A stretch of DNA of 64,000 bases from an uncultured Candidatus Saccharibacteria bacterium (GCA_964481135.1 CAYZSW010000001.1:7963-71962), one strand, 5' to 3'; counted from the first letter of the stretch, positions 29,679 through 39,927 are shown. Notes: generated from the letters alone by a model not told the origin. Numbers and translations: made by a program.

Positions 29679-32600
29679 ATGAGTAAAACAAAATTTATCC
29701 ACTTGCATGTTCATAGTCATTATTCATTATTAGACGGCTTGTCAAAAATTCCTGAACTTGTATCAAAAGCAAAAGAATTTAACATGCCTGCCCTGGCATT
29801 AACTGATCACGGTAATATGTATGGAGCGATAGAATTTTATGAAGAGTGCCAAAAACAAGCAATAAAACCAATTATTGGTTGTGAAGTCTATATTGCTCCT
29901 AGAAATATGCAAGACAAACAAGCCAAAATTGACACACGACCTTACCACCTAGTATTACTGGCAAAAAACCTAGAAGGATATAAAAATTTAATTTATTTGG
30001 TGAGCCAAGCACATCTAACCGGATATTATTATAAACCAAGAATAGACAAAAAAATATTAAAAGAACACACTAAAGGGTTAATTGCTACTAGCGCTTGTCT
30101 TAATGGTGAAATTCCTCGATTAATTTTATCTGATAAACCAGATGTTGCTGAACAAACAATTAAATTTTATAAAAATATTTTTGGTGATGATAATTTTTAT
30201 TTAGAAATTCAATATCACCCCAAACTCATTGAACAAAATATTGTTAATAAAAAAATATTAGAATTATCAAAAAAAACTAAAACAAAAGTAATTTTAACAA
30301 ACGATTCACACTATTTAGAAAAAGAAGACCAAAAAGCCCATGAGGTGCTACTTTCAGTACAAACAGGTAAAGATTTTGACGACAAAGCGCGTCTTTCAAT
30401 GGTTGATATTGATGCTTCTTTTTACTCGCCAGAATATGCACAAAAAATCTTATCCGACCATCCAGAAGTTATTGAAAACACTTTAGAAATTGCACAAAAA
30501 TGTAATCTAAAATTAGATTTGGGAAAAAATATTTTACCTGAATTTGAAATACCAAAAAACGAACAAGATTCTTTTTCATATTTAAAAAAACTTACCCTAA
30601 ATGGATTTAAATATAAATACCTACAAAAAGACAATGTAGCAAAAAAAAGATTAGATTACGAACTACAAATAATCAAGAAAACTGGATTTGCTGATTATTT
30701 TTTAATTGTGTCTGATTTTATAAACTGGGCTAAAAATCAAGGCATTATTGTTGGCCCTGGTCGTGGTTCAGCTGCGGGATCTATTGTGTCTTATTGCCTT
30801 GGAATCACTGATCTTGAGCCACTGTCACAAAACTTAATTTTTGAAAGATTTCTAAACCCAGAAAGAATATCTATGCCTGATATCGATATTGATTTTGCAG
30901 ACGACAGGCGTGGAGAGGTTATTAAATATGTTCAAAATAAATACGGTGAAAACCATGTAGCACAAATAATCACTTTTGGAACCATGGCTGCAAGAGGATC
31001 TATAAGAGATACTGCGAGATCTTTAGGATTTTCTTATGATCAAGGAGATAAAATCGCAAAACTAGTTCCTTTTGGTATGAGTTTAAACCAATCTATGCAG
31101 GAGGTTGCCGAATTAAAAGATTTATACAATCAAGATGTTAATACTAAAGAAATTATTGATTACGCAAAAAAATTAGAAGGAGTAGCAAGGCATGCTGGAA
31201 CACATGCCTGTGGAGTAGTAATTTCGAAAAAACCTCTTATTGAATATTGCCCATTACAAACTGCCGCAAAAGGTGAAACAAATATTACTACTCAGTATTC
31301 AATGAAATATATTGAAGATATCGGATTATTAAAAATTGATTTTCTAGGATTATCTAATCTTACAGTAATTAAAAATGCTTTAAAAATTATTAATAAAATT
31401 CACAATACTAAAATTGAGATTGATAAAATCCCAATAAATGATAAACCTACATTTACATTGCTTTCCAGGGCACAAACTACGGGCATATTTCAATTGGAAT
31501 CAAACGGTATGAAAAGATATCTTAAACAACTAAAACCAAACTGTTTTGATGATATTATTGCCATGGTTGCACTTTACAGGCCAGGACCAATAGAACTAAT
31601 TCCAGACTTTATCGATAGAAAACACGGCAAAAAACAAATTAAATACTTACATCCAAAATTAGAACCGATCTTAAAAAATACTTATGGTATAGCTGTATAT
31701 CAAGAACAAATCATGCAAACTGCAAGAGAATTGGCAGGTTTTAGTATGAGTGAGGCAGATGTTTTAAGAAAAGCTGTAGGTAAAAAAATTAAATCCTTAC
31801 TTCAAAAACAAAAGTCAAAACTAATAAATGGTATGGTAAAAAATAAAATACCTCAATCGGTAGCAATAAAAATTTGGCAATACATTGAGCCTTTTGCAAA
31901 ATACGGTTTTAATAAATCACATGCCGCCTGCTATGCATTAATTGCATATCAAACCGCATATTTAAAAGCCCATTATCCAAAAGAATTTATGGCGGCACTT
32001 CTAACTTCTGATTTTGGCAATTTAGATAGGGTGGCTATTGAAATCGAAGAATGCACCAGATTAGGAATTCAAGTAATCCCGCCTGATGTTAACACCTCGT
32101 TTGAAAAATTTGGAGTAATTCCAGATAAAAATAATATATCATTTGGGTTAGAAGCAATTAAAGGAGTTGGTCAAAAAGTAGCACAGTTAATCGTGGAAGA
32201 AAGAAAGAAAAATGGAAAATACGAATCATTAGAAGATTTTTGTTCTAGATTAGGCCCTGAAGTAATTAATAAAAAAACTATTGAATCTTTGGCAAAATCA
32301 GGTGCATTAGATAAAATTGGTGAAAGAAACCAAATAATAGGTTCTGTTGACATAATTTGTAAATTTGCCAACCAATTATCTAAAAATAAAATTGCCAATC
32401 AAGCAAGTTTATTTGCTGACAACACTCAAAAAAATCAATTAATTAAGCTTTCTTTGAACTCAATTGACAAAGCATCAAAAAACCAAAGATTGTCTTGGGA
32501 AAGAGAATTTTTAGGAATATACTTAAGTGATCATCCACTTTTAGAATATAAAGAAATAATGCGACAATTTAACAGTAAAGATATTAATTTACTTAGATCC

Positions 32601-33101
32601 AATGAACAAAATATTAGAATTGCTGGAGTTATTACTTCTATAAAGAAAATTACTACCAAAAAGGGTGAACCTATGATATTTGCTAATATTGAAGATTTTA
32701 GCGGGAAAATTGAAGCTTTAGTTTTTCCGAAAATTCTTAAAGACAATGATTTAATATGGAAAGTTGATAATATTTTAGCAATTAAAGGTAAGGTTAATAG
32801 TAAAGATGGAAACTTAAAATTAATTGTTGAAAAATGCAAAGAATTAACTGAAATAAAAAAACAACACACTGTTAATAAAGAAAGAAAACTTGTCATATCT
32901 TTATTACAAAATGCCAACCTTAAAACACTTCAAGAAATTAAAAATATTCTAAAAGAATTTCCCGGAAAAGAAACTGTAATTTTAAAAATTATTCAAAATC
33001 ATGAGGAAAAAATTGTCATTCCAAAAATTAAGATAAATATTACAAAACAATTAATTAGCGAGCTTGATAAAATTCAAAATATTAAAAGTAATCAATTGTA
33101 A
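29679..33101 (+). CDS. dnaE: DNA polymerase III alpha subunit
   Basis: PHP HLHVHSHYSLLDG, GPGRGSAAGS, FERFLNPER.SMPDIDID, YGFNKSHA; no intein seen. Confidence 0.98.
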   Translation: MSKTKFIHLHVHSHYSLLDGLSKIPELVSKAKEFNMPALALTDHGNMYGAIEFYEECQKQAIKPIIGCEVYIAPRNMQDKQAKIDTRPYHLVLLAKNLEGYKNLIYLVSQAHLTGYYYKPRIDKKILKEHTKGLIATSACLNGEIPRLILSDKPDVAEQTIKFYKNIFGDDNFYLEIQYHPKLIEQNIVNKKILELSKKTKTKVILTNDSHYLEKEDQKAHEVLLSVQTGKDFDDKARLSMVDIDASFYSPEYAQKILSDHPEVIENTLEIAQKCNLKLDLGKNILPEFEIPKNEQDSFSYLKKLTLNGFKYKYLQKDNVAKKRLDYELQIIKKTGFADYFLIVSDFINWAKNQGIIVGPGRGSAAGSIVSYCLGITDLEPLSQNLIFERFLNPERISMPDIDIDFADDRRGEVIKYVQNKYGENHVAQIITFGTMAARGSIRDTARSLGFSYDQGDKIAKLVPFGMSLNQSMQEVAELKDLYNQDVNTKEIIDYAKKLEGVARHAGTHACGVVISKKPLIEYCPLQTAAKGETNITTQYSMKYIEDIGLLKIDFLGLSNLTVIKNALKIINKIHNTKIEIDKIPINDKPTFTLLSRAQTTGIFQLESNGMKRYLKQLKPNCFDDIIAMVALYRPGPIELIPDFIDRKHGKKQIKYLHPKLEPILKNTYGIAVYQEQIMQTARELAGFSMSEADVLRKAVGKKIKSLLQKQKSKLINGMVKNKIPQSVAIKIWQYIEPFAKYGFNKSHAACYALIAYQTAYLKAHYPKEFMAALLTSDFGNLDRVAIEIEECTRLGIQVIPPDVNTSFEKFGVIPDKNNISFGLEAIKGVGQKVAQLIVEERKKNGKYESLEDFCSRLGPEVINKKTIESLAKSGALDKIGERNQIIGSVDIICKFANQLSKNKIANQASLFADNTQKNQLIKLSLNSIDKASKNQRLSWEREFLGIYLSDHPLLEYKEIMRQFNSKDINLLRSNEQNIRIAGVITSIKKITTKKGEPMIFANIEDFSGKIEALVFPKILKDNDLIWKVDNILAIKGKVNSKDGNLKLIVEKCKELTEIKKQHTVNKERKLVISLLQNANLKTLQEIKNILKEFPGKETVILKIIQNHEEKIVIPKIKINITKQLISELDKIQNIKSNQL

Positions 33102-33210
33102 TAATTTGTTTTTTTGCAAAAAAAAATTTTTTTGTAGTTTGGATTAGTAATAAGCATATCTGGCAACAGATAAGCAAACACTTACGAAATGAAACTAGAT
33201 GATTTGTTAA

Positions 33211-33759
33211 CTATCTAATTAAATAATTTTTTGATTTTTTGGGTGCATTTTTGGACGGATTTTTTTTCTGATTTTTTAGCTTGATAATATATTCCTGAAT
33301 TTTATATGGATCTGAAATATTTTTAAGTAATATTTCTTGAGAAGAATCTGCTATTCTTAACCCCACATTACCAAAATTTAGCATATGCTGTATAAAACCT
33401 TTTATTTCGTAATCGGTGCTTAAGATTTTATTAAAATTTAACTCTGTAACTTTTCTATCAAAAAAATTTTTTTGGTATATACAAATTACTCTTTTATTGG
33501 TAATTAGATAAACTCTATTTTTCCAAATAAAATATTCTTTATAAATAACATAGATTGCAACTGATAAGCATAATATAAATATAATTATTGATAAATTTCC
33601 AAATCCAAAAATCAAAATAAAAATTATTAAAAACAGCAAGATTACTAAAACCTTGGAAAATGGCATAAAAAAATAAGAAAAATGAGTTCTTATTGCGATT
33701 TTAATAAACTCGTCTTTGTCTTCTGCAGGTAAGTCAAAATCTTGTAGCTCATCTTGCAT
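33211..33759 (-). CDS. Membrane protein with bacterial PH domain
   Basis: Two TM helices, then YLITNKRVI...NFGNV....L.NI.DP. Confidence 0.75.
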   Translation of the reverse strand: MQDELQDFDLPAEDKDEFIKIAIRTHFSYFFMPFSKVLVILLFLIIFILIFGFGNLSIIIFILCLSVAIYVIYKEYFIWKNRVYLITNKRVICIYQKNFFDRKVTELNFNKILSTDYEIKGFIQHMLNFGNVGLRIADSSQEILLKNISDPYKIQEYIIKLKNQKKNPSKNAPKKSKNYLIR

Positions 33760-33771
33760 TAATACCTCCCT

Positions 33772-33870
33772 TTATCTAAGCAAGGCAAAAGGAACTATCA
33801 TGCCTATCACAAAAACAACAAGTATAATAATAAAAACAATTTTAACCCACTTTGGTTTTTCTTCACCCAT
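33772..33870 (-). CDS. Small 32-aa single-TM protein (absent from the ORF track)
   Basis: MGEEKPKWVKIVFIIILVVFVIGMIVPFALLR*; AAAAGG upstream; stop abuts the next gene's GGAGG SD. Confidence 0.55.
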   Translation of the reverse strand: MGEEKPKWVKIVFIIILVVFVIGMIVPFALLR

Positions 33871-33889
33871 AATTTACCTTTTGAATTTA

Positions 33890-33997
33890 GTCTATAGATT
33901 AAGGTTAGGATACCGGTTTGGTTTAGAGGTTAGGTTATAGGTTTTTGCTACTTCTAACTTTACCCTTTAACCATACTGGCTTCATTACCTTTACCAA
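33890..33997. repeat. Degenerate inverted-repeat cassette, GGTT(A)/(T)AACC family
   Basis: aaggttagg..ggtttggtttagaggttaggttataggtt ... ctaactttaccctttaacc..ttacctttacc. Confidence 0.5.
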
Positions 33998-33999
33998 AA

Positions 34000-35040
34000 T
34001 TACCTATTATTTTGCTTATATTTTTTGATAAATAAAACTATACTTAAAATAATCATAGCTATTAAAAGCCACACTAAAGCTTTAACTTTTCCTTGTGTTT
34101 CGCTTTCTAGTGCTATTATACCAAAACCAGCGCAAATCGCATAAATAATAATTACGGTTTGTTTTGTTGTAAACCCAGCTTCCAAAAACTTATGATGAAG
34201 GTGATTTTTATCTGCATAAAAAGGAGATTTTTTACTTAATATCCTCCTAATAATAACCCAACAAGCGTCGATAATTGGAACTCCTAAAACTAGGGCAGCT
34301 GTCGCAAGTTTTGCCCCAGAAATTATTGAAAAAACACCAATCATAAGTCCTAAAAACATACTACCAGAATCACCTAAAAATATTTTTGCTGGCGACCAAT
34401 TGTAAGGTAAAAAACCTAAAACTGAACCTGCCAAAATTATACAAAGCAATGCTGTAGCAGGCTGATTGACTTGTGGATTTATTGAAAGAATAAATAAAAT
34501 TATTAATGCTATTGTTGATACTCCTGGCGTCAAACCATCAATGCCATCAAACCAATTTAAAGCATTCATAATAAGCACAATCCAAACTGGTACTAAAAAA
34601 TAATTCCAATCACCAATTATAAAAGCTCCGCCTGTAATAGGATTTGAAAGCCACCAAATTTTTATTCCGAAAATGACAATAATTAAACCGCAAATAAATT
34701 GCCAAAAAAGTTTACTAAAAGGATTCATGCCCTTTAAATCATCGTATAATCCTACTACTATCCAAACCAAACCAGCCGAAAGAAGTCCAAAAAGATTTTC
34801 ATCAATACCGAGAATTTTATAATCTACAAAACTTAATTTTTCTGGGCTGATTAAATATAAAATTAAAACATTAAAATAAAAAACAATAAAAAGGACAACA
34901 CCGCCTAAACGAGGAATTGGTTTTACTTTCTTTTCTCTAGACCGTAAACCGATATTATGTTTTAGAGCATAATTTCTAACCAAAGGAGTACAGATTAAAG
35001 ATAAAATAAATGATGATAAAAAAAGAATAATATAATTCAT
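34000..35040 (-). CDS. MraY-like/WecA-TagO undecaprenyl-phosphate GlcNAc-1-P transferase
   Basis: IPRLGG, GLYDD, NALNWFDGIDGL, GFLPYNW.PAKIFLGDSG, DKNHLHH. Start revised to ATG 35040; the ORF-track extension to 35193 is repeat DNA. Confidence 0.9.
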   Translation of the reverse strand: MNYIILFLSSFILSLICTPLVRNYALKHNIGLRSREKKVKPIPRLGGVVLFIVFYFNVLILYLISPEKLSFVDYKILGIDENLFGLLSAGLVWIVVGLYDDLKGMNPFSKLFWQFICGLIIVIFGIKIWWLSNPITGGAFIIGDWNYFLVPVWIVLIMNALNWFDGIDGLTPGVSTIALIILFILSINPQVNQPATALLCIILAGSVLGFLPYNWSPAKIFLGDSGSMFLGLMIGVFSIISGAKLATAALVLGVPIIDACWVIIRRILSKKSPFYADKNHLHHKFLEAGFTTKQTVIIIYAICAGFGIIALESETQGKVKALVWLLIAMIILSIVLFIKKYKQNNR

Positions 35041-35044
35041 AATT

Positions 35045-35376
35045 AAAATCCGAAATACTAAACCCGAAATTTCTGCCCGCCGCTCAATCTCATCGAGAAA
35101 TAGGTGATTATTCCCCTTCTCGATATATGTTTCACCTCGGCAGGTGGGCAAAACAATATTGAAGCTCCGCGGGTTAAAAACCGCGGATTCCACTTAGGCG
35201 GAGCTGAAATCCGCCGTAGCGAAATCTTACCTTGCTTCATCCCCGGGCTAAAGCCCTGGAATTTCGCGAAGGCTGGATTAAAATTCTAATATACAATGTT
35301 CAAAACAAATGTTTAGGATTTTGTATTTTGTTCATTGAAATTTGTTTAAGATTTCAAAATTCGAAATTCAGATTTG
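35045..35376. repeat. CGAAAT-family hairpin cassette carrying two nested GC-rich palindromic inserts
   Basis: Host arms aaaatccgaaatactaaacccgaaa and tttaagatttcaaaattcgaaattcagattt. Insert 1 is ctgcccgcc..ggcaggtgggc (~35073-35149); insert 2 is gaagctccgcgg..ggctgg (35161-35276). Confidence 0.75.
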
Positions 35377-35382
35377 AATGAT

Positions 35383-35856
35383 TTACAATCGTTCGTCTAC
35401 TGCGTAAATTGCTTCCCAATCAATTTTCTTGTAAGAAAAGATTTCTGCGGATTTAAAAAATCTTTTTATTTCAATTTTTGCTTGTTTTGCATCCTCTGAA
35501 GCATGAACAACATTATGAGAAATACTAGAAGAATAGTCGCCTCTTATGGTTCCAGGAGGAGCAGTATAACCACTGGTTGGCCCCGCCATAGCTCTTACAA
35601 CACTAACAGCGTGATTACCCTCCAAAATCATAATTACAGTTGGAGAAAGTTGCATAAAATCTTTTAGATCTTTAAAAAACGGCTTATCTTTATGGTGAAA
35701 ATAATGCTCTTCTAAAATTTTATCATCTAATTTAACCATCTTTAAAGCAGCCAATTTTAAACCCTTTCTTTCAAATCTATGAATTATTTCACCAATTATA
35801 CCTCTATTGATTCCGTCTGGCTTAATTAAAACTAAAGTTTGTTCTTGTTGTGCCAT
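35383..35856 (-). CDS. ndk: Nucleoside diphosphate kinase
   Basis: TLVLIKPDG, HY..HKDKPFF, PGTIRGDY, NVVHAS. Confidence 0.97.
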   Translation of the reverse strand: MAQQEQTLVLIKPDGINRGIIGEIIHRFERKGLKLAALKMVKLDDKILEEHYFHHKDKPFFKDLKDFMQLSPTVIMILEGNHAVSVVRAMAGPTSGYTAPPGTIRGDYSSSISHNVVHASEDAKQAKIEIKRFFKSAEIFSYKKIDWEAIYAVDERL

Positions 35857-35955
35857 AATGACTCCAAAATATTATCCTACTGGATTTTTTATTAGTAATT
35901 TAATTTATTTTTAATAATAACTTATAAAAATATATTAACTTTTTACATACCCATA

Positions 35956-37230
35956 TTACCAAGCATTGACAATTTTTTCAAACCTATTGTTATCTTTAAA
36001 TGGACCTAGAATTGTTAAATTTAATGAATTTAATTTTATAAATTCATTTGCGAGTTTTTTAAGATCTTGATTTTGTAAAGAAAAAATTTTCTTTAAATGT
36101 TCTTCTGGCTGTGTAATCTCATCATACAACAATTCCTGTTCTGCTAAATAATCTGCTATCGAAGAAGAACTTTCTAAATCAATGTATGTCCTGCCTTTAA
36201 TATTGTCTTTAGATCTTTTTATTTCTTCTTGCAGTAGACCTTTAGAAATTATTTTTTGATATTCTGAAAGAATAACTTTTATCGCTTCGTCAATTCTTTT
36301 GTTATCAACTCCTGCATAAGCAAAATGCATACCTGTATCTGCAAACTCTGCAATACTAGAACCAATATAATAAGCTAAACCTCTTTTTTCTCTTATTTCG
36401 GTGAATAATCTCGAACTCATATTTGCTCCAAAAATATTATTAAGTAATTTAAGAGGATATCTTCTCTTGTCTAATCTCGAAAAAGTAGGAAAACCTAGAA
36501 CAAGATGTGACTGATCGGTTTTTTTATAATAGGTATTTATCACCGGGCTATTTTGTATTTTAATATTTTTTTGTGGCTTTGCAACTTCACCTTGAGTAAT
36601 TTTTGATAATTTCTGTTTAATTGCAGATTCCCAGTTTAATTTTTCTTGATTACCGGCTACAACAACCAAAGTATTTTTAGCACAATAATTTTTTTTAAAA
36701 ACATCAATAAAATCTTTTCTACTAAAACTAGAAACAGTTTGAGATGTTCCTAAAGTTGATCTACCCAAAGGAGTATTGCCAAACATTTGCTTTTTGGCTA
36801 ACTCCATCACATATCTTTGAGGCAAATCCTTATACATATTTATTTCCTCTAAAATAACTCCTTTTTCTTTTTCAATTTCTGGGCTGGGAAACATAGAATT
36901 TAAAAAAATATCAGACAATATATCTAAAGATAAATTAAATTTGTCTGATGCTGATGTAATATAAAATCCGGTATATTCTTCGGAAGTAAAAGCATTAAAA
37001 TCTGCACCGATTCCGTCTAACTGACGAGATATATCTATAGCTCTAGGTCTTTTTTTGGTGCCTTTAAAAATCATATGTTCCATAAAATGAAAAATGCCAT
37101 TTTGTTTCTGGCTTTCATGTCTACTGCCCGCTTTAACTAAAAATAAAATTGTAACTGCTTTAGTTTCCTTCATCGGCGCAGTAATAATTCTTAAGCCACT
37201 ATCTAAAACCGTTTTATAAAAATTAATCAT
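35956..37230 (-). CDS. M16 family zinc peptidase
   Basis: HFMEHMIFKGT (inverted HxxEH), NAFTS.E.T, SSRLF.EIREKRGLAY. Confidence 0.95.
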   Translation of the reverse strand: MINFYKTVLDSGLRIITAPMKETKAVTILFLVKAGSRHESQKQNGIFHFMEHMIFKGTKKRPRAIDISRQLDGIGADFNAFTSEEYTGFYITSASDKFNLSLDILSDIFLNSMFPSPEIEKEKGVILEEINMYKDLPQRYVMELAKKQMFGNTPLGRSTLGTSQTVSSFSRKDFIDVFKKNYCAKNTLVVVAGNQEKLNWESAIKQKLSKITQGEVAKPQKNIKIQNSPVINTYYKKTDQSHLVLGFPTFSRLDKRRYPLKLLNNIFGANMSSRLFTEIREKRGLAYYIGSSIAEFADTGMHFAYAGVDNKRIDEAIKVILSEYQKIISKGLLQEEIKRSKDNIKGRTYIDLESSSSIADYLAEQELLYDEITQPEEHLKKIFSLQNQDLKKLANEFIKLNSLNLTILGPFKDNNRFEKIVNAW

Positions 37231-37243
37231 AATAAAAAATTAA

Positions 37244-37717
37244 TTAATGTTTAATAAAAATTGAAACATTTAACACTCCGACACTGACCAATGTAACAAC
37301 AGCTCCCGCAATTAGAACTCCAAGGAAAATTAAAGGTAATGCTTTTTTATAAGGTATTCCAAATAAAAATGCTGCTAAACTTCCTGTCCATGCACCTGTT
37401 AACGGAAGAGGAATTGCTACTAAAATAACTAGTGCCAATTCTCGATATATTTCCATTTTTTTAGCATGTCTTTTTCTATTATAATCAAATAGCCAAGTAA
37501 AAAACTTATTAAAAAATTTAAAGTTTTTCATAAGCCATTTTGAAACTGGATCTAAAAACCATAAAATAAAAAAAACAGGAATCATATTTCCAACAACAGC
37601 GATAACAAATGCCTGCCACCATGGCATATTATAGATACCAATAGCAACAGGAATCGCTCCACGAAGTTCAGAGATAGGCATTGCAGAAAGTAAAAGTGTT
37701 TGTATTATTCCATTCAT
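37244..37717 (-). CDS. COG2426 putative small multidrug export family protein
   Basis: MPISELRGAIP, VGN.IP, VAIPLP.TGAWTG.LAA. Confidence 0.9.
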   Translation of the reverse strand: MNGIIQTLLLSAMPISELRGAIPVAIGIYNMPWWQAFVIAVVGNMIPVFFILWFLDPVSKWLMKNFKFFNKFFTWLFDYNRKRHAKKMEIYRELALVILVAIPLPLTGAWTGSLAAFLFGIPYKKALPLIFLGVLIAGAVVTLVSVGVLNVSIFIKH

Positions 37718-38301
37718 GCTAACCTTATAAATTTGGCTATTTTTAAAATTGGTTCTGCCAAATATAACTGTATGTATTTATCTAAATAATGCAATAAGTA
37801 TGCGCCCAGAAAACCAAGCATCAAACCACACACTACATCTAGTGGATAATGAATCCCAGAGATTACTCTAGAAAATCCTACTAAAAACGAACCGATAATA
37901 ATTAAAATACCAATTTTTTTGTATTTAAGCAAATAAAAGTATGTTCCTAGCGCCATTAAAAAAGTAGCATGATCTGAAGGAAAAGAATAGCTTGGTAAAT
38001 GGAAAAATAATTCTTTTGTTTGACCCAATTCGACAAATGGTCGCGGTCTATACCAAAAATAAGCTATGATTCTTGTTGGAACCTGCCAAACAAAAACTGA
38101 AACTAATGTTGTTTTAATCATAGCTATTCTGTCTTGATTAGAATTATAGATGAACCAAGATACAAGCAATCCAATAGGAACAAAATATACAAGATATTTG
38201 CCAATAAATAGAATTATGTAATCAAGTATTTGATTAAATCCTAAAATTGAATGGAACCAATAAAAAAGAGATTGATCGAATTGTAATAATTGATTAATCA
38301 T
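37714..38301 (-). CDS. PAP2 family phosphatase (BcrC-like undecaprenyl-PP phosphatase)
   Basis: RPRPF, SFPSDHA, SRV..GIHYPLDV. Confidence 0.9.
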   Translation of the reverse strand: MINQLLQFDQSLFYWFHSILGFNQILDYIILFIGKYLVYFVPIGLLVSWFIYNSNQDRIAMIKTTLVSVFVWQVPTRIIAYFWYRPRPFVELGQTKELFFHLPSYSFPSDHATFLMALGTYFYLLKYKKIGILIIIGSFLVGFSRVISGIHYPLDVVCGLMLGFLGAYLLHYLDKYIQLYLAEPILKIAKFIRLA

Positions 38302-38410
38302 AAGCTAATTTTAGCATATTAACAAATGGAATAAAAGTTAAAAATGTCGTACAATATAAATAGAATACTAATTGCTAATTCAACAAATTACAAATAATAT
38401 TAAAAACATT

Positions 38411-38788
38411 ATGGATAATTTAATATATCCAGAATTAAGCTATAAGATAGTGGGTTTGCTTTTTGAAGTATATAATAAATTAGGATATGGTTTGAGAGAA
38501 AAAGATTATCAAAAAGCGATATCAATTTTCTTGAGTGAAAATAATATTATATTTCAAGAACAAGTATCCGCAAATCTTAAAATTAATAATCAGAATATAA
38601 GAAAATATTATTTGGATTTTATAATTGATAATAAAATTGTTTTGGGATTAAAAACTGAAAATAGATTTAATAAAAATAATATTGCTCAAATATACAGTTA
38701 TTTAAAATCAACTAACAAAAAATTAGGAATTATAGCAAACTTTTCAAAATATGGAGTTAAATTTAAAAGAATTGTAAATATTAAATAA
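38411..38788 (+). CDS. GxxExxY protein (PD-(D/E)XK fold), with ELK changed to GLK
   Basis: LSYKIVG..FEVYN.LG.GLREKDY, DFIIDNKIVLGLK, Q..SYLK...KLGIIANF; flanked by short inverted arms. Confidence 0.9.
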   Translation: MDNLIYPELSYKIVGLLFEVYNKLGYGLREKDYQKAISIFLSENNIIFQEQVSANLKINNQNIRKYYLDFIIDNKIVLGLKTENRFNKNNIAQIYSYLKSTNKKLGIIANFSKYGVKFKRIVNIK

Positions 38789-38824
38789 TATTAGCAACCA
38801 GTTGAATTCGTAATAGGTATTAAT

Positions 38825-39835
38825 ATGGATAAGTATATTAAAGATTTTTTAGGTTATTGTGAAATAGAAAAAGGACACTCTGACCATACAATTAAAAATT
38901 ATGATCATTATTTAACACGCTTTAATAATTGGGCAAGAGCTAATAAAATTATTAAACCAGAACAAATTGATCTTGAAGTTTTAAAAAAATACCGCTTATA
39001 TTTAAATCGCTTAAAAGTTTTGAATAAAAAAACTCAGGGCTTTCATATTATTGCACTCCGTTCATTTTTAAAGTATTTAGCACAACACGATGTAAAAACT
39101 CTGGCAGCTGAAAAAATCGAGTTACCAGATATTCCAGATAGACAAATAACATTTATGGAAGAAAATGAATTAGATAAATTACTTTCCCAACCCCATACTA
39201 CAAAAATCACCGACTTAAGAGACAAAGCGATTTTAGAAGTTTTATTCTCCACTGGATTGCGTGTTTCAGAACTTGTTAAATTAAACCGTGATGAAATTAA
39301 CTTAAATAAAAATGAATTTTCAGTTGTTGGTAAAGGTGGTAAAAACAGAATAGTGTTTTTGTCAAAAAGTGCGCTTGATGCGTTAAAAAACTATTTAGCA
39401 AAAAGATTTGATAAAGATAAAGCGCTATTTATTTCACATCAAAATATTGGAAGAGACTTCAAAACTAAAGAACTTAAGAACCAAGAAACAAAAGAAAAAC
39501 AAAATAATAATAAATCAGACGACAATATTGAAAAAAGAACAAAAGAAAATTCGCAATTGCGCTTAACGACGCGCTCGGTTCAAAGAATCGTAAAAAAATA
39601 CGCAATCGCTGCAGGATTAAATAAAAAAATTACACCCCATACTTTACGGCACTCTTTTGGTACTGATTTGCTGCGTTCTGGTGCAGATTTGCGTGCTGTT
39701 CAACAGCTTCTGGGACATTCTTCAATAACTACTACTCAGATATACACACATGTCACTGACGAGCATCTAAAAGAAGTACACGATGCCTTTCATGGACAAA
39801 GAAGAGAAGATCTAAACACTAAAAAAAATAAATAG
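38825..39835 (+). CDS. Tyrosine recombinase, XerC/D family
   Basis: RDKAILEVLFSTGLRVSEL, GKGGK.R, TPHTLRHSF, VQQLLGH...TTQIYTH. Confidence 0.95.
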   Translation: MDKYIKDFLGYCEIEKGHSDHTIKNYDHYLTRFNNWARANKIIKPEQIDLEVLKKYRLYLNRLKVLNKKTQGFHIIALRSFLKYLAQHDVKTLAAEKIELPDIPDRQITFMEENELDKLLSQPHTTKITDLRDKAILEVLFSTGLRVSELVKLNRDEINLNKNEFSVVGKGGKNRIVFLSKSALDALKNYLAKRFDKDKALFISHQNIGRDFKTKELKNQETKEKQNNNKSDDNIEKRTKENSQLRLTTRSVQRIVKKYAIAAGLNKKITPHTLRHSFGTDLLRSGADLRAVQQLLGHSSITTTQIYTHVTDEHLKEVHDAFHGQRREDLNTKKNK

Positions 39836-39927
39836 TAAGTTATCGTTTTTTCCTACCATATTCCACTTACGGAGTGGAATATGGTTGGTGAATGTCAATA
39901 ATATAACGCTTAAAAAAATCGGGTATT

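Noticed and set aside
35058-35289. Short ORFs and the N-terminal extension of the WecA-like gene
   Set aside because: They arise from GC-rich nested palindromes.
39850-39915. dif site or prophage att next to the tyrosine recombinase
   Set aside because: Only a 13-bp hairpin; no match to the dif consensus and no phage genes; the recombinase looks like a housekeeping Xer.
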